Source: Demequinaceae bacterium (GTDB taxonomy: Bacteria; Actinomycetota; Actinomycetes; Actinomycetales; Demequinaceae). Taken from it: a DNA stretch of 32,000 bases. Below, piece by piece: positions 9,665 through 15,915 of this stretch; position 1 is the stretch's first letter, and each line of letters starts with the position of its first letter. The notes under the pieces are model-generated. The model ran no database searches and was not told where the DNA came from. It saw only the letters and a program-made list of their open reading frames with translations. Made by a program: the position numbers and the translations under genes. The DNA is taken from the NCBI GenBank assembly GCA_965250005.1, contig OZ252279.1, positions 840,001-872,000 on the forward strand, given 5' to 3'.

Positions 9665-10240
9665 TTACAGATCTGGCGGAATGCGTGCACGCAATGCCGC
9701 GAGCGCCCGATGCTGAAGGGTCTTTACCGCCCCGCTACGCTTGCCCGTGATCGCTGCCGTCTCAGCGACCGAGAACCCGCCGACGATCCTGAGCAGCAGC
9801 ACATTTCGCTGATCATCCGAGAGATCTTCGAGCAACGCTTGTGCGTCGCCGGATGCAATGTTCGCGAGCGCCTCGCCCTCTGCGTTTCCGCCCGCGAGTT
9901 CGAGCGTGGCGGGATCTACATCGGCTGATCGTGGCCGACGGCCAACCGCGCGTCGGTCGTCGAGCATGCGCCGATGCGCGATGACGAACACCCATGATCT
10001 AAACGCGGCCTCGTCGCCCTCGAAGCTTCCGATGCCGTTGGCGACCTGCAGGAACGTCTCGGAAGCGACGTCTTCGGGTTCGCGCGCTCCTCGGCCAGCG
10101 AGGTAGCCCGTCACGGGGCCGGCAAATTCTCGATGAATCTGAGTCCACGCCCACTCAGACCCCTCACGGGCGCCAGCGAGAACCGTCGGGAACGCCTTGC
10201 CTAGGCTCACGGCCCGCCACGCTCCCCATTCATTGACCAA
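9665..10240 (-). CDS. ECF (sigma-70 family) RNA polymerase sigma factor, module A
   Basis: Region 2 (EDVASETFLQVANGIGSF, FRSWVFVIAHRRMLDDRR) and region 4 HTH (LLLRIVGGFSVAETAAITGKRSGAVKTLQHRALAALR). The track start is a TTG. An internal GTG at 10210 is an alternative start. Confidence 0.85.
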   Translation of the reverse strand: MVNEWGAWRAVSLGKAFPTVLAGAREGSEWAWTQIHREFAGPVTGYLAGRGAREPEDVASETFLQVANGIGSFEGDEAAFRSWVFVIAHRRMLDDRRAVGRRPRSADVDPATLELAGGNAEGEALANIASGDAQALLEDLSDDQRNVLLLRIVGGFSVAETAAITGKRSGAVKTLQHRALAALRARIPPDL

Positions 10241-10340
10241 GTATCGCCTTCATGGGGCGCCGGTGGCTCGCGCGGCTCGCAACGGCAGGTAACTTTTGGG
10301 CCTGGAAGCGAAGAACTTCCTGCAGAGTGACGCCGAGTGG

Positions 10341-10416
10341 TGGTAGCCCCGACGGGATTCGAACCCGCGCTACCGCCTTGAGAGGGCGGCGTGCTAGGCC
10401 GCTACACAACGGGGCC
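10341..10416 (-). tRNA. tRNA-Glu (anticodon CTC), CCA encoded
   Basis: The minus strand reads GGCCCCGTTGTGTAGCGGCCTAGCACGCCGCCCTCTCAAGGCGGTAGCGCGGGTTCGAATCCCGTCGGGGCTACCA. It has a 7-bp acceptor stem, an anticodon stem CCGCC/GGCGG with loop CT-CTC-AA, and a T-arm GCGGG-TTCGAAT-CCCGT. Confidence 0.9.
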
Positions 10417-10565
10417 CTAGCGGTCCGGAGCGAATGCTCTCGAACGCGACTACACAGATTACCGCATTGACGCCGAGCCCCGCGACAATGCAGGCGATCG
10501 TCGCGTCGCGAATCCGAGTTGGGCAGTTAAGCACCACCCGAGTCCGGGTACTTCAGCAACGCGAA

Positions 10566-10611
10566 GTACCGCGCACGGCCACCGATGCGGATTCGCGGCC
10601 GTGCGCGGTAC
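10566..10611 (-). terminator. Perfect 15-bp inverted repeat hairpin downstream of the module B partner
   Basis: GTACCGCGCACGGCC (10566-10580) and GGCCGTGCGCGGTAC (10597-10611) with a 16-nt loop, 17 nt after the stop at 10628. No U-tract, so it is either an intrinsic terminator without a tail or an RNA-stability/boundary element. Confidence 0.45.
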
Positions 10612-10627
10612 TAGCTCTTGCGCGTTC

Positions 10628-11470
10628 CTACTGTTCGGCCAACCACTCCGCGTAGCCGGTCGCGTGGCCGGCGTCATACCCGGCAACCCAGCCCGCGTTG
10701 TAGCCGTTTACGAAGGCCACCGAGCCGCTATTGGTCGGCGGTGCATTGTCAGGCGCCTCGCCCGCTCGGCCATCCGCGTAGCCTTGCCAGTCACCTTCAT
10801 GTACGCCCTCGCCGTGTCCCAGGTTGTAGTCCCAGTCTGCGAGCGCGGCTTGGCCAGCGGCGTAGCCGTCATCGTACTTACTCCGCCAACCTGCCTGCCA
10901 ACCTGCAATGTAATCTGCCGAAGACGAGCAATCGTCAGGGGTGTCGTCGAATCCATTGTTGTCGTGGCCGTCCTGGTAGCCGGCCGCGTGCCCGTAGGAT
11001 TCGCCGTCGGCGAATCCGCTCGCGTATTCCTCAGACGGGTCCTGCGTGGGGACGGGGTCCGGGTGCGGGTCGGGGTCCGGGTGCGGGTCGGGATCGCTCG
11101 CGGTTTCACCCTCTGGAGCGGGCTCGTGCGTCTCCGTTTCCGGTTCTTCCGCGACGTGAGTGGGCGCTGGGCTGGGTGTGTGCTCAGCAACCTGATGCGG
11201 GTCGGGATCGGGGCTGTGTGTTGCACTCGGCGCGGGCGTCACGGATCCGGCAGCTATGTCGCCGCTTGCCTGGACGATGTTGGCCACCGCCATGCCGCCA
11301 AGCAACAATCCAGCGCCCACCGCGAGCGCCCCACCGCCGAGTTCCGCATGCTTGACCAAGCGGCCGCGGCGTGCCGCGCCCATCAGTTTCGCATCGGACG
11401 TATGCGCGCCCGGCTTCTGGTGCGCCGCGTCGCTCGCCATTTCTTCCATCATGTCGTGGATATTCTTCAT
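10628..11470 (-). CDS. Sigma-coupled single-pass membrane protein with acidic Pro/Asp linker and Gly-aromatic tetrad-repeat ectodomain (module B partner)
   Basis: ORF 10628-11662 trimmed to MKNIHDMMEEM. Its ATG (11468-11470) overlaps the sigma B stop (TGATG). One TM (GGGALAVGAGLLLGGMAVANIV), then a PDPDPH linker, then repeats such as FADGESYGHAAGYQDGH, IAGWQAGW, YDDGYAAG, NGYNAGWVAGYDAGHATGYAEW. Confidence 0.75.
   Translation of the reverse strand: MKNIHDMMEEMASDAAHQKPGAHTSDAKLMGAARRGRLVKHAELGGGALAVGAGLLLGGMAVANIVQASGDIAAGSVTPAPSATHSPDPDPHQVAEHTPSPAPTHVAEEPETETHEPAPEGETASDPDPHPDPDPHPDPVPTQDPSEEYASGFADGESYGHAAGYQDGHDNNGFDDTPDDCSSSADYIAGWQAGWRSKYDDGYAAGQAALADWDYNLGHGEGVHEGDWQGYADGRAGEAPDNAPPTNSGSVAFVNGYNAGWVAGYDAGHATGYAEWLAEQ
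11054..11095. repeat. 18-bp tandem repeat, about 2.3 copies, encoding (DPDPHP)n
   Basis: ggggtccgggtgcgggtc occurs at 11054-11071 and 11072-11089, plus a partial third copy. In frame within the module B partner. Confidence 0.85.
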
Positions 11471-12015
11471 CACTTGCCTCCATTTCCTAGGGCCACGCGC
11501 GCGGTTTCCCGCGGCGCAGCGTCGACCGCATCGCTTCCCAGCCGGACCCTGAGCTTGCCCGAAGCGTTGAAGACATATCGCTTCACCGTGCCTTCGGCGA
11601 GCTTCAGCGCGACTGAAATCTGTGGGGTTGTCATGTCCTCGAAGTACTTGAGCACGATGCACGCGCGTTCCTGGGGGCTGAGCCCCGCGAGCGCGCTGTG
11701 CAGATCCGCATGAGCGCCTACCCAGCCGTCATGACTTTCCGAAGCCTCGGGCAAGGCAATCGTCGCTTTCTTGGCGTTCGCGACGTTCGCCCGCCGAGCC
11801 CGACTGATTACTTCATTGGCGATTGCCCGCTTCACGTAGGACTCGGCTGAATCCACGGTGGTTTTCGACCGCCCGCGCACGAATGCCTTGACGATCGCTT
11901 CTTGAGCAACTTCCTCGGCGTCGGCCATCGAACCGGTCAAGAGATAGGCGTAGCCCACAAGCGCGCGACGCCGGTCGCGCACGACGCGCTCCATCACACT
12001 GTGCCAACTCTCCAT
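11470..12015 (-). CDS. ECF sigma factor, module B (paralogue of modules C, D, E)
   Basis: ORF 11470-12114 trimmed to MESWHSVMERVV (ATG 12013-12015, GGAGG 5 nt upstream). Region 2: RRALVGYAYLLTGSMADAEEVAQEAIVKAF. Region 4: LSPQERACIVLKYFEDMTTPQISVALKLAEGTVKRYVFNASGKLR. Confidence 0.85.
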   Translation of the reverse strand: MESWHSVMERVVRDRRRALVGYAYLLTGSMADAEEVAQEAIVKAFVRGRSKTTVDSAESYVKRAIANEVISRARRANVANAKKATIALPEASESHDGWVGAHADLHSALAGLSPQERACIVLKYFEDMTTPQISVALKLAEGTVKRYVFNASGKLRVRLGSDAVDAAPRETARVALGNGGK

Positions 12016-12330
12016 CGTGACCTCCGCTAGTGGTGCTCTCGTGTACTTAGACGCCACAGGTACACGATTGGTTGTATTGGCCCTCAAGTTTGCCGTGCGC
12101 GGCTTGGCCATCAAATTTCTTTGAGAAATGGTGAATCAAGGCCGGAGCACAGCAACCTAGCCGACGAACGTTCAGAAGTCGCATCCGGCTGCGACGCCCG
12201 CGGCATTGCGTTTCCTGGCGTTGACGGAAGCAAGGTTGGCGCGGTTCGAAGCCATAATCACCCGCGATAAGAACTGGGAGGCGCACCACATCCCACAAAC
12301 TGCCATGTCCCGGCCGGCCACCCATAGATA

Positions 12331-12356
12331 AAGAAAAAGGCCCGCCGAAGCGGGCC
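12331..12356 (-). terminator. Rho-independent terminator after tRNA-Gln
   Basis: The minus strand reads GGCCCGC-TTCG-GCGGGCC followed by TTTTTCTTTAT, 10 nt downstream of the tRNA-Gln 3' end. Confidence 0.7.
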
Positions 12357-12366
12357 TGAAACAAAG

Positions 12367-12438
12367 CTGGGGTACCAGGACTCGAACCTAGACTAAGAGA
12401 ATCAGAATCTCTCGTGCTGCCAATTACACCATACCCCA
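12367..12438 (-). tRNA. tRNA-Gln (anticodon CTG), CCA not encoded
   Basis: The minus strand reads TGGGGTATGGTGTAATTGGCAGCACGAGAGATTCTGATTCTCTTAGTCTAGGTTCGAGTCCTGGTACCCCAG. Anticodon stem AGAGA/TCTCT with loop TT-CTG-AT, T-loop GGTTCGAGTCC, and a U1-A72 pair typical of tRNA-Gln. Confidence 0.9.
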
Positions 12439-12577
12439 ATGGCCCCAACCGGAGTCCGGGCCGAGGCACCACTTTAGCGCCTCCGCGGTTGGCGCCCAAC
12501 CACAGCAGGTGCCTCCGGCCTCGGCGGTGACCGGCGCGCGCAGGGAAAAGGCCGCCGAGCGCGCCGCTCGCGGAACC

Positions 12578-13771
12578 CTAGAAGGTCTCGGCGTAGGCCG
12601 CCACACCCGCTGCGTACCCCGGGCCGTAGCTCGAGAGATAGCCGTCGGAGTAGCCATTCTGGAACGGGTACCAACTACCCCACTCGCTCTCTGGGTAGAA
12701 TTCGTTGCGTCCGTCCGGGGCATCGTCGCGGCTTCCGAAACCGTCGTCGTACCCGTCGGCGTAGCCATCGGCGGCGCCCGCGACCCAGCCATCATCGTAG
12801 GCCTTGTCGATCAGTGCCGCGAGGTGAGCCACTCCCTCCGCGTAGCCATCGGCGTACCCGATTCCGTAAGAAGCCTGGAAGCCAAGGCGCAGCCACTCTC
12901 GTTCGATCTCCGGTACCGATGCGTTGTAGTCACGGTCATTTGCGCCGTCATCGTAACCCTCCTCGTAGCCCCACTCCAGGCCCAATGCGTAGCCAGCTAC
13001 GTAGTCGTCTTCAGCCTCTTGCTCGCCGTGGGCGTACGCGTCCGCGTACGTCGCGGCGTACCCGGCTGCGTAGCCATCGCGGTAGGCCTCAGAACCATCG
13101 CCAACCTCAAATGACGCGTCGAACTCGTTGCCGTGGTATCCGTCTTGCACGCCTTGCTCTGACGCGGCGCCACTACCCGCTTCGTAGCCGTCGGCGTAGC
13201 CGCCGTCACCCTCTGGCGCGGGCTCGTCGTTCGGCTCGTCGTTCGGCTCGTCGTTCGGCTCGTCGTTCGGCTCGTCGTTCGGCTCGTCGTTCGGCTCGTC
13301 GTTCGGCTCGTCGTTCGGCTCGTCGTTCGGCTCGTCGTTCGGCTCGTCGTTCGGCTCGTCGTTCGGCTCGTCGTTCGGCTCGTCGTTCGATTCCGTCTGA
13401 CCGTCGCCTTCGTGTTCGTCTGCGTCAGTTTCTGTCGGGTGGTCAGGCTCGGGTTCATCATGCTCGGTTGCTTCGTTCTCTTCCTTCTCAACTTCTCGGT
13501 TCTCAAGTTCGTCGAGCCAGTCCTCGAATACATGGCCAGGGTCGTCGACACTGTTTGCGTCGGCGGCGTCTACGATGTTCGCAACGGCGACGCCGCCAAA
13601 GATGAGGCCGACAGACGCGACGAATGCCATCCCCGCGAGCCCCGTGGCCCACCTGGCGCGACTGCGGCGCGCTTGATCGATCAGTTCGACCCCGTCCGTG
13701 GCCGCCTTGGCCTTGTGCTCGGCGCCCGCTGCCGTAGCTAGGTCGCTCAGCGCACTGTTCATGTCGTTCAT
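12578..13771 (-). CDS. Sigma-coupled single-pass membrane protein with (NDEP)14 stalk and large Gly-aromatic tetrad-repeat ectodomain (module C partner)
   Basis: 397 aa. Its ATG overlaps the sigma C stop (ATGA at 13768-13771). One TM (WATGLAGMAFVASVGLIFGGVAVANIV), an acidic linker, (NDEP)14, then repeats such as YADGYEAG, YRDGYAAGYAATYADAYAHG, WGYEEGYDDG, IGYADGYAEG, DGYADGYDDGF, NGYSDGYLSSYGPGYAAG. Confidence 0.8.
   Translation of the reverse strand: MNDMNSALSDLATAAGAEHKAKAATDGVELIDQARRSRARWATGLAGMAFVASVGLIFGGVAVANIVDAADANSVDDPGHVFEDWLDELENREVEKEENEATEHDEPEPDHPTETDADEHEGDGQTESNDEPNDEPNDEPNDEPNDEPNDEPNDEPNDEPNDEPNDEPNDEPNDEPNDEPNDEPAPEGDGGYADGYEAGSGAASEQGVQDGYHGNEFDASFEVGDGSEAYRDGYAAGYAATYADAYAHGEQEAEDDYVAGYALGLEWGYEEGYDDGANDRDYNASVPEIEREWLRLGFQASYGIGYADGYAEGVAHLAALIDKAYDDGWVAGAADGYADGYDDGFGSRDDAPDGRNEFYPESEWGSWYPFQNGYSDGYLSSYGPGYAAGVAAYAETF
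13220..13387. repeat. Perfect 12-bp tandem array, 14 copies, encoding (NDEP)14
   Basis: The plus-strand unit cggctcgtcgtt (minus AAC GAC GAG CCG) occurs 14 times with one substitution in the terminal unit (ggg for cgg). The copy number agrees with the ORF length (128 + 56 + 213 = 397 aa). Confidence 0.97.
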
Positions 13772-14316
13772 CGCGTTCCTCCATCTTTGACTGCCACGCG
13801 GATAAGTTCCCGTGGTTCCGGATCAGCCATCGTGCTTCCCAGGGTGTCGCGGAGTTTCTCGGCCGCGTTGTGCAGGTAGCGCTTGACCGTGCCCGCCGAG
13901 AGCCTGAGCTCATCTGCGATTTGCGCCACTGTCATATCCTCGAAGTACCGCATAACTACGCACGCTCGTTCTTGCGCGCTCAATCCGGCAAGGGCCTTGT
14001 GAATGTCTGCGTGGACTCCTACCCACGTCTCGTGACCGGGCTCCGACTCCGCTGCAGCGAGGGCGGCGCTTCTTGCGGCAGCGACCTTTCGGTGCCGGGC
14101 ACGGTTGATCGTTTCGTTGACGATTGCCCTCTTGATATACGCTTCCGCGGTCTCGACTTCCCTCTTGGCCCGCCCACGAGCGAAAGTCTTGACGATCGCG
14201 TCCTGCGCAATCTCCTCGGCTTCGGACATTGACCCCGATACCAAGAACGCGTAACCCACAAGCGCATGGCGACGCTCGCGAACGATCCGCTCCATCACCT
14301 CGGCCCAACTAGTCAT
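13768..14316 (-). CDS. ECF sigma factor, module C
   Basis: ORF 13768-14355 trimmed to MTSWAEVMERIV (ATG 14314-14316, GGAGG upstream). RHALVGYAFLVSGSMSEAEEIAQDAIVKTF and LSAQERACVVMRYFEDMTVAQIADELRLSAGTVKRYLHNAAEKLR. It is the closest paralogue of sigma B. Confidence 0.85.
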   Translation of the reverse strand: MTSWAEVMERIVRERRHALVGYAFLVSGSMSEAEEIAQDAIVKTFARGRAKREVETAEAYIKRAIVNETINRARHRKVAAARSAALAAAESEPGHETWVGVHADIHKALAGLSAQERACVVMRYFEDMTVAQIADELRLSAGTVKRYLHNAAEKLRDTLGSTMADPEPRELIRVAVKDGGTR

Positions 14317-14340
14317 GCGCGCCTCCGTCGACTGTCCCTT

Positions 14341-14402
14341 CACTAAGACAGACACCGTAACGCCGCTTTTCGTTGTAGCCCAAGTCTGTGAGGTTTCTCA
14401 CA
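14341..14402 (-). promoter_or_regulatory. Upstream region of sigma C: CRP/GlxR-type box plus a block shared with the sigma B upstream region
   Basis: TGTGA-GGTTTC-TCACA at 14387-14402. The adjacent minus-strand sequence is ACTTGGGCTACAACG-N17-GTCTGTCTTAGTG. The sigma B upstream region (12045-12091) has ACTTGAGGGCCAATACAACC-N17-GTCTAAGTA. Confidence 0.4.
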
Positions 14403-14496
14403 CGCGCTCCGCCAGCCGCGCACAACCCTTAGATCGGCGTGCCGCGTGGGACGCGCCAGCGGCCCGCCTGCGCCGGGTCTCTCGCCAGGTCTCGTT

Positions 14497-15273
14497 CTAA
14501 TCGTCTTCGTCGTCTTGAGGGCCCCGGGAATCCTTCTTCGACTTGTCCTCGCTCTTGCCGTTCCCCTGGTTTTCGGGTCCTTGCGCATTCCCTTGCGCAT
14601 TCCCTTGCGCATTCCCTTGCGCATTCCCTTGCGCATTCCCTTGCGCATTCCGGCCGCTAGAGGAATTTGCGTCACCGGCATTCGCTGAAGAGCCCTCCGC
14701 TCGACCCGGGTTTTGCGCCCCGTGGGTCTTCGATTCATCGACGAACCCATCCACGTACCCATCGGCGAAGCCCCGCTGGTATCCCTCCTCATACGTAACG
14801 CCATCCTGGGCCGCGACGCGAGAAACCATGTCCGAGTCGATTCGCTCCGTCAGGCTCGCGCCGTAGATCAATCCCTCGGCATAGCCGTCTAGGTATCCCG
14901 CTGCAAGGCCTGCCTCAAACTCGTCAATCCCGTCGGAGTGCTCCGCGTTGCGGAGCGCCTGAAGCGCGGGGCCGACGCTACTCGGGTTGACCGTAGGAGG
15001 CGCGCTAGGGCCAAGGGAGGCTGCGTGCTCTGGGAGTTCAATGCTCGTCGCAGCTTGCGCACCCTCCGTCGAGGTCACCGCCGCAATCGCGGCGGAGCCG
15101 ATAGCCACCCCCACAACGCTGGCCAGAGCGGCGCTCGCGACTGCCGTGAGTCGCATGGCCTTGCCGCGCCTCACTGCCCGCACAACTTCCGTACCATCGT
15201 CCTCGGTCATGATCCGCGTACGGGTAGCGGCCGCGCGCGACAAACCCGAGAGCCTCTCACCCAAGATTCTCAT
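14497..15273 (-). CDS. Sigma-coupled single-pass membrane protein with Gly-aromatic tetrad repeats and C-terminal (GNAQ)6 array (module D partner)
   Basis: 258 aa. Its ATG overlaps the sigma D stop (ATGA at 15270-15273). One TM (LTAVASAALASVVGVAIGSAAIAAV), then EAGLAAGYLDGYAEGLIYG and EEGYQRGFADGYVDGFVDE, then (G/R)NAQ x6 and a Lys/Asp-rich tail. Confidence 0.75.
   Translation of the reverse strand: MRILGERLSGLSRAAATRTRIMTEDDGTEVVRAVRRGKAMRLTAVASAALASVVGVAIGSAAIAAVTSTEGAQAATSIELPEHAASLGPSAPPTVNPSSVGPALQALRNAEHSDGIDEFEAGLAAGYLDGYAEGLIYGASLTERIDSDMVSRVAAQDGVTYEEGYQRGFADGYVDGFVDESKTHGAQNPGRAEGSSANAGDANSSSGRNAQGNAQGNAQGNAQGNAQGNAQGPENQGNGKSEDKSKKDSRGPQDDEDD
14581..14652. repeat. 12-bp tandem array, 6 copies, encoding (GNAQ)6
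   Basis: ttgcgcattccc x5 (14581-14640) plus ttgcgcattccg (14641-14652). In frame in the module D partner. Confidence 0.97.
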
Positions 15274-15818
15274 TGCCCAACCCCGGTTCGTAGCGCTGCG
15301 CGGATCATCGCATGCTGGTCGCGCGGCTGACTGGACGCTTCTAGAGAGGTCTCAATTTTCGATATGGCGTTCTCCATGTAGCGGTCCACGGTCGTGACGG
15401 ACAGCCGCGTAAGAGCGACGATTTGAGCAGTCGATCGCTGGTCCACGTATCGAAGCACCACGCACGCTCTCTCCGCGACAGTCAATTCCTCGATCGCGTC
15501 GTGAACATCGGAGTGTATTCCCATCCACGGTTCACTTCTTCGCGTTGGAATCCGCCCCGTCAAGGATGCTCCGCGAGACTTTTGCGCGGGGTCGCGGCGC
15601 GCACGGTCAACAAGGCTCTTAACGATTCGGGCCTCAATACGGTCCTCGGCATCGCGGACGGTGAGACCGCTCTTGGCGCGGGAAAGAATTCCGACGATCG
15701 CGTCTTGCGCTGCCTGTTCCGCGTGGGGCATGGACCCGCAGATGAGAAAGGCGTAGCCCACGAGGGAGGGCCGACGCTCGCGCGCGATGGCCTCGATGAC
15801 TCCTGGCAACTCTGCCAT
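15270..15818 (-). CDS. ECF sigma factor, module D (more divergent paralogue)
   Basis: ORF 15270-15848 trimmed to MAELPGVIEAIARERRPSLVGYAFLICGSMPHAEQAAQDAIV (ATG 15816-15818, GAGGAG 8 nt upstream). Region 4: LTVAERACVVLRYVDQRSTAQIVALTRLSVTTVDRYMENAISKI. Confidence 0.8.
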   Translation of the reverse strand: MAELPGVIEAIARERRPSLVGYAFLICGSMPHAEQAAQDAIVGILSRAKSGLTVRDAEDRIEARIVKSLVDRARRDPAQKSRGASLTGRIPTRRSEPWMGIHSDVHDAIEELTVAERACVVLRYVDQRSTAQIVALTRLSVTTVDRYMENAISKIETSLEASSQPRDQHAMIRAALRTGVGQ

Positions 15819-15915
15819 GAGGTGCTCCTCAGGGAACGCAACCCCCACCGGGTCGCTAGTTTAGGCTAGCGCGCACCACAGACAAGTGCAGGGTGAGGCG
15901 CCCCGATCATACCGT

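Noticed and set aside
10417-12366. Direct repeats of tRNA 3' ends flanking modules B-D, which would show integrase-mediated insertion at the tRNA genes.
   Set aside because: I found no duplicated tRNA-Gln or tRNA-Glu 3' segment by eye, and no integrase or transposase gene anywhere in the window. The insertion mechanism is therefore left open rather than called a mobile element.
12439-12577. GC-rich imperfect hairpin followed by CCTTTTCC just after the partner C stop, as a terminator.
   Set aside because: The stem needs a bulge and the U-tract is short and interrupted. It is plausible but not strong enough to list as a feature.
13220-13387. The perfect short tandem arrays (here, 14581-14652 and 30122-30319) as CRISPR arrays.
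   Set aside because: The units are 12 bp and directly abutting with no spacers. Two of the three are in frame inside coding sequence, and there are no cas genes.
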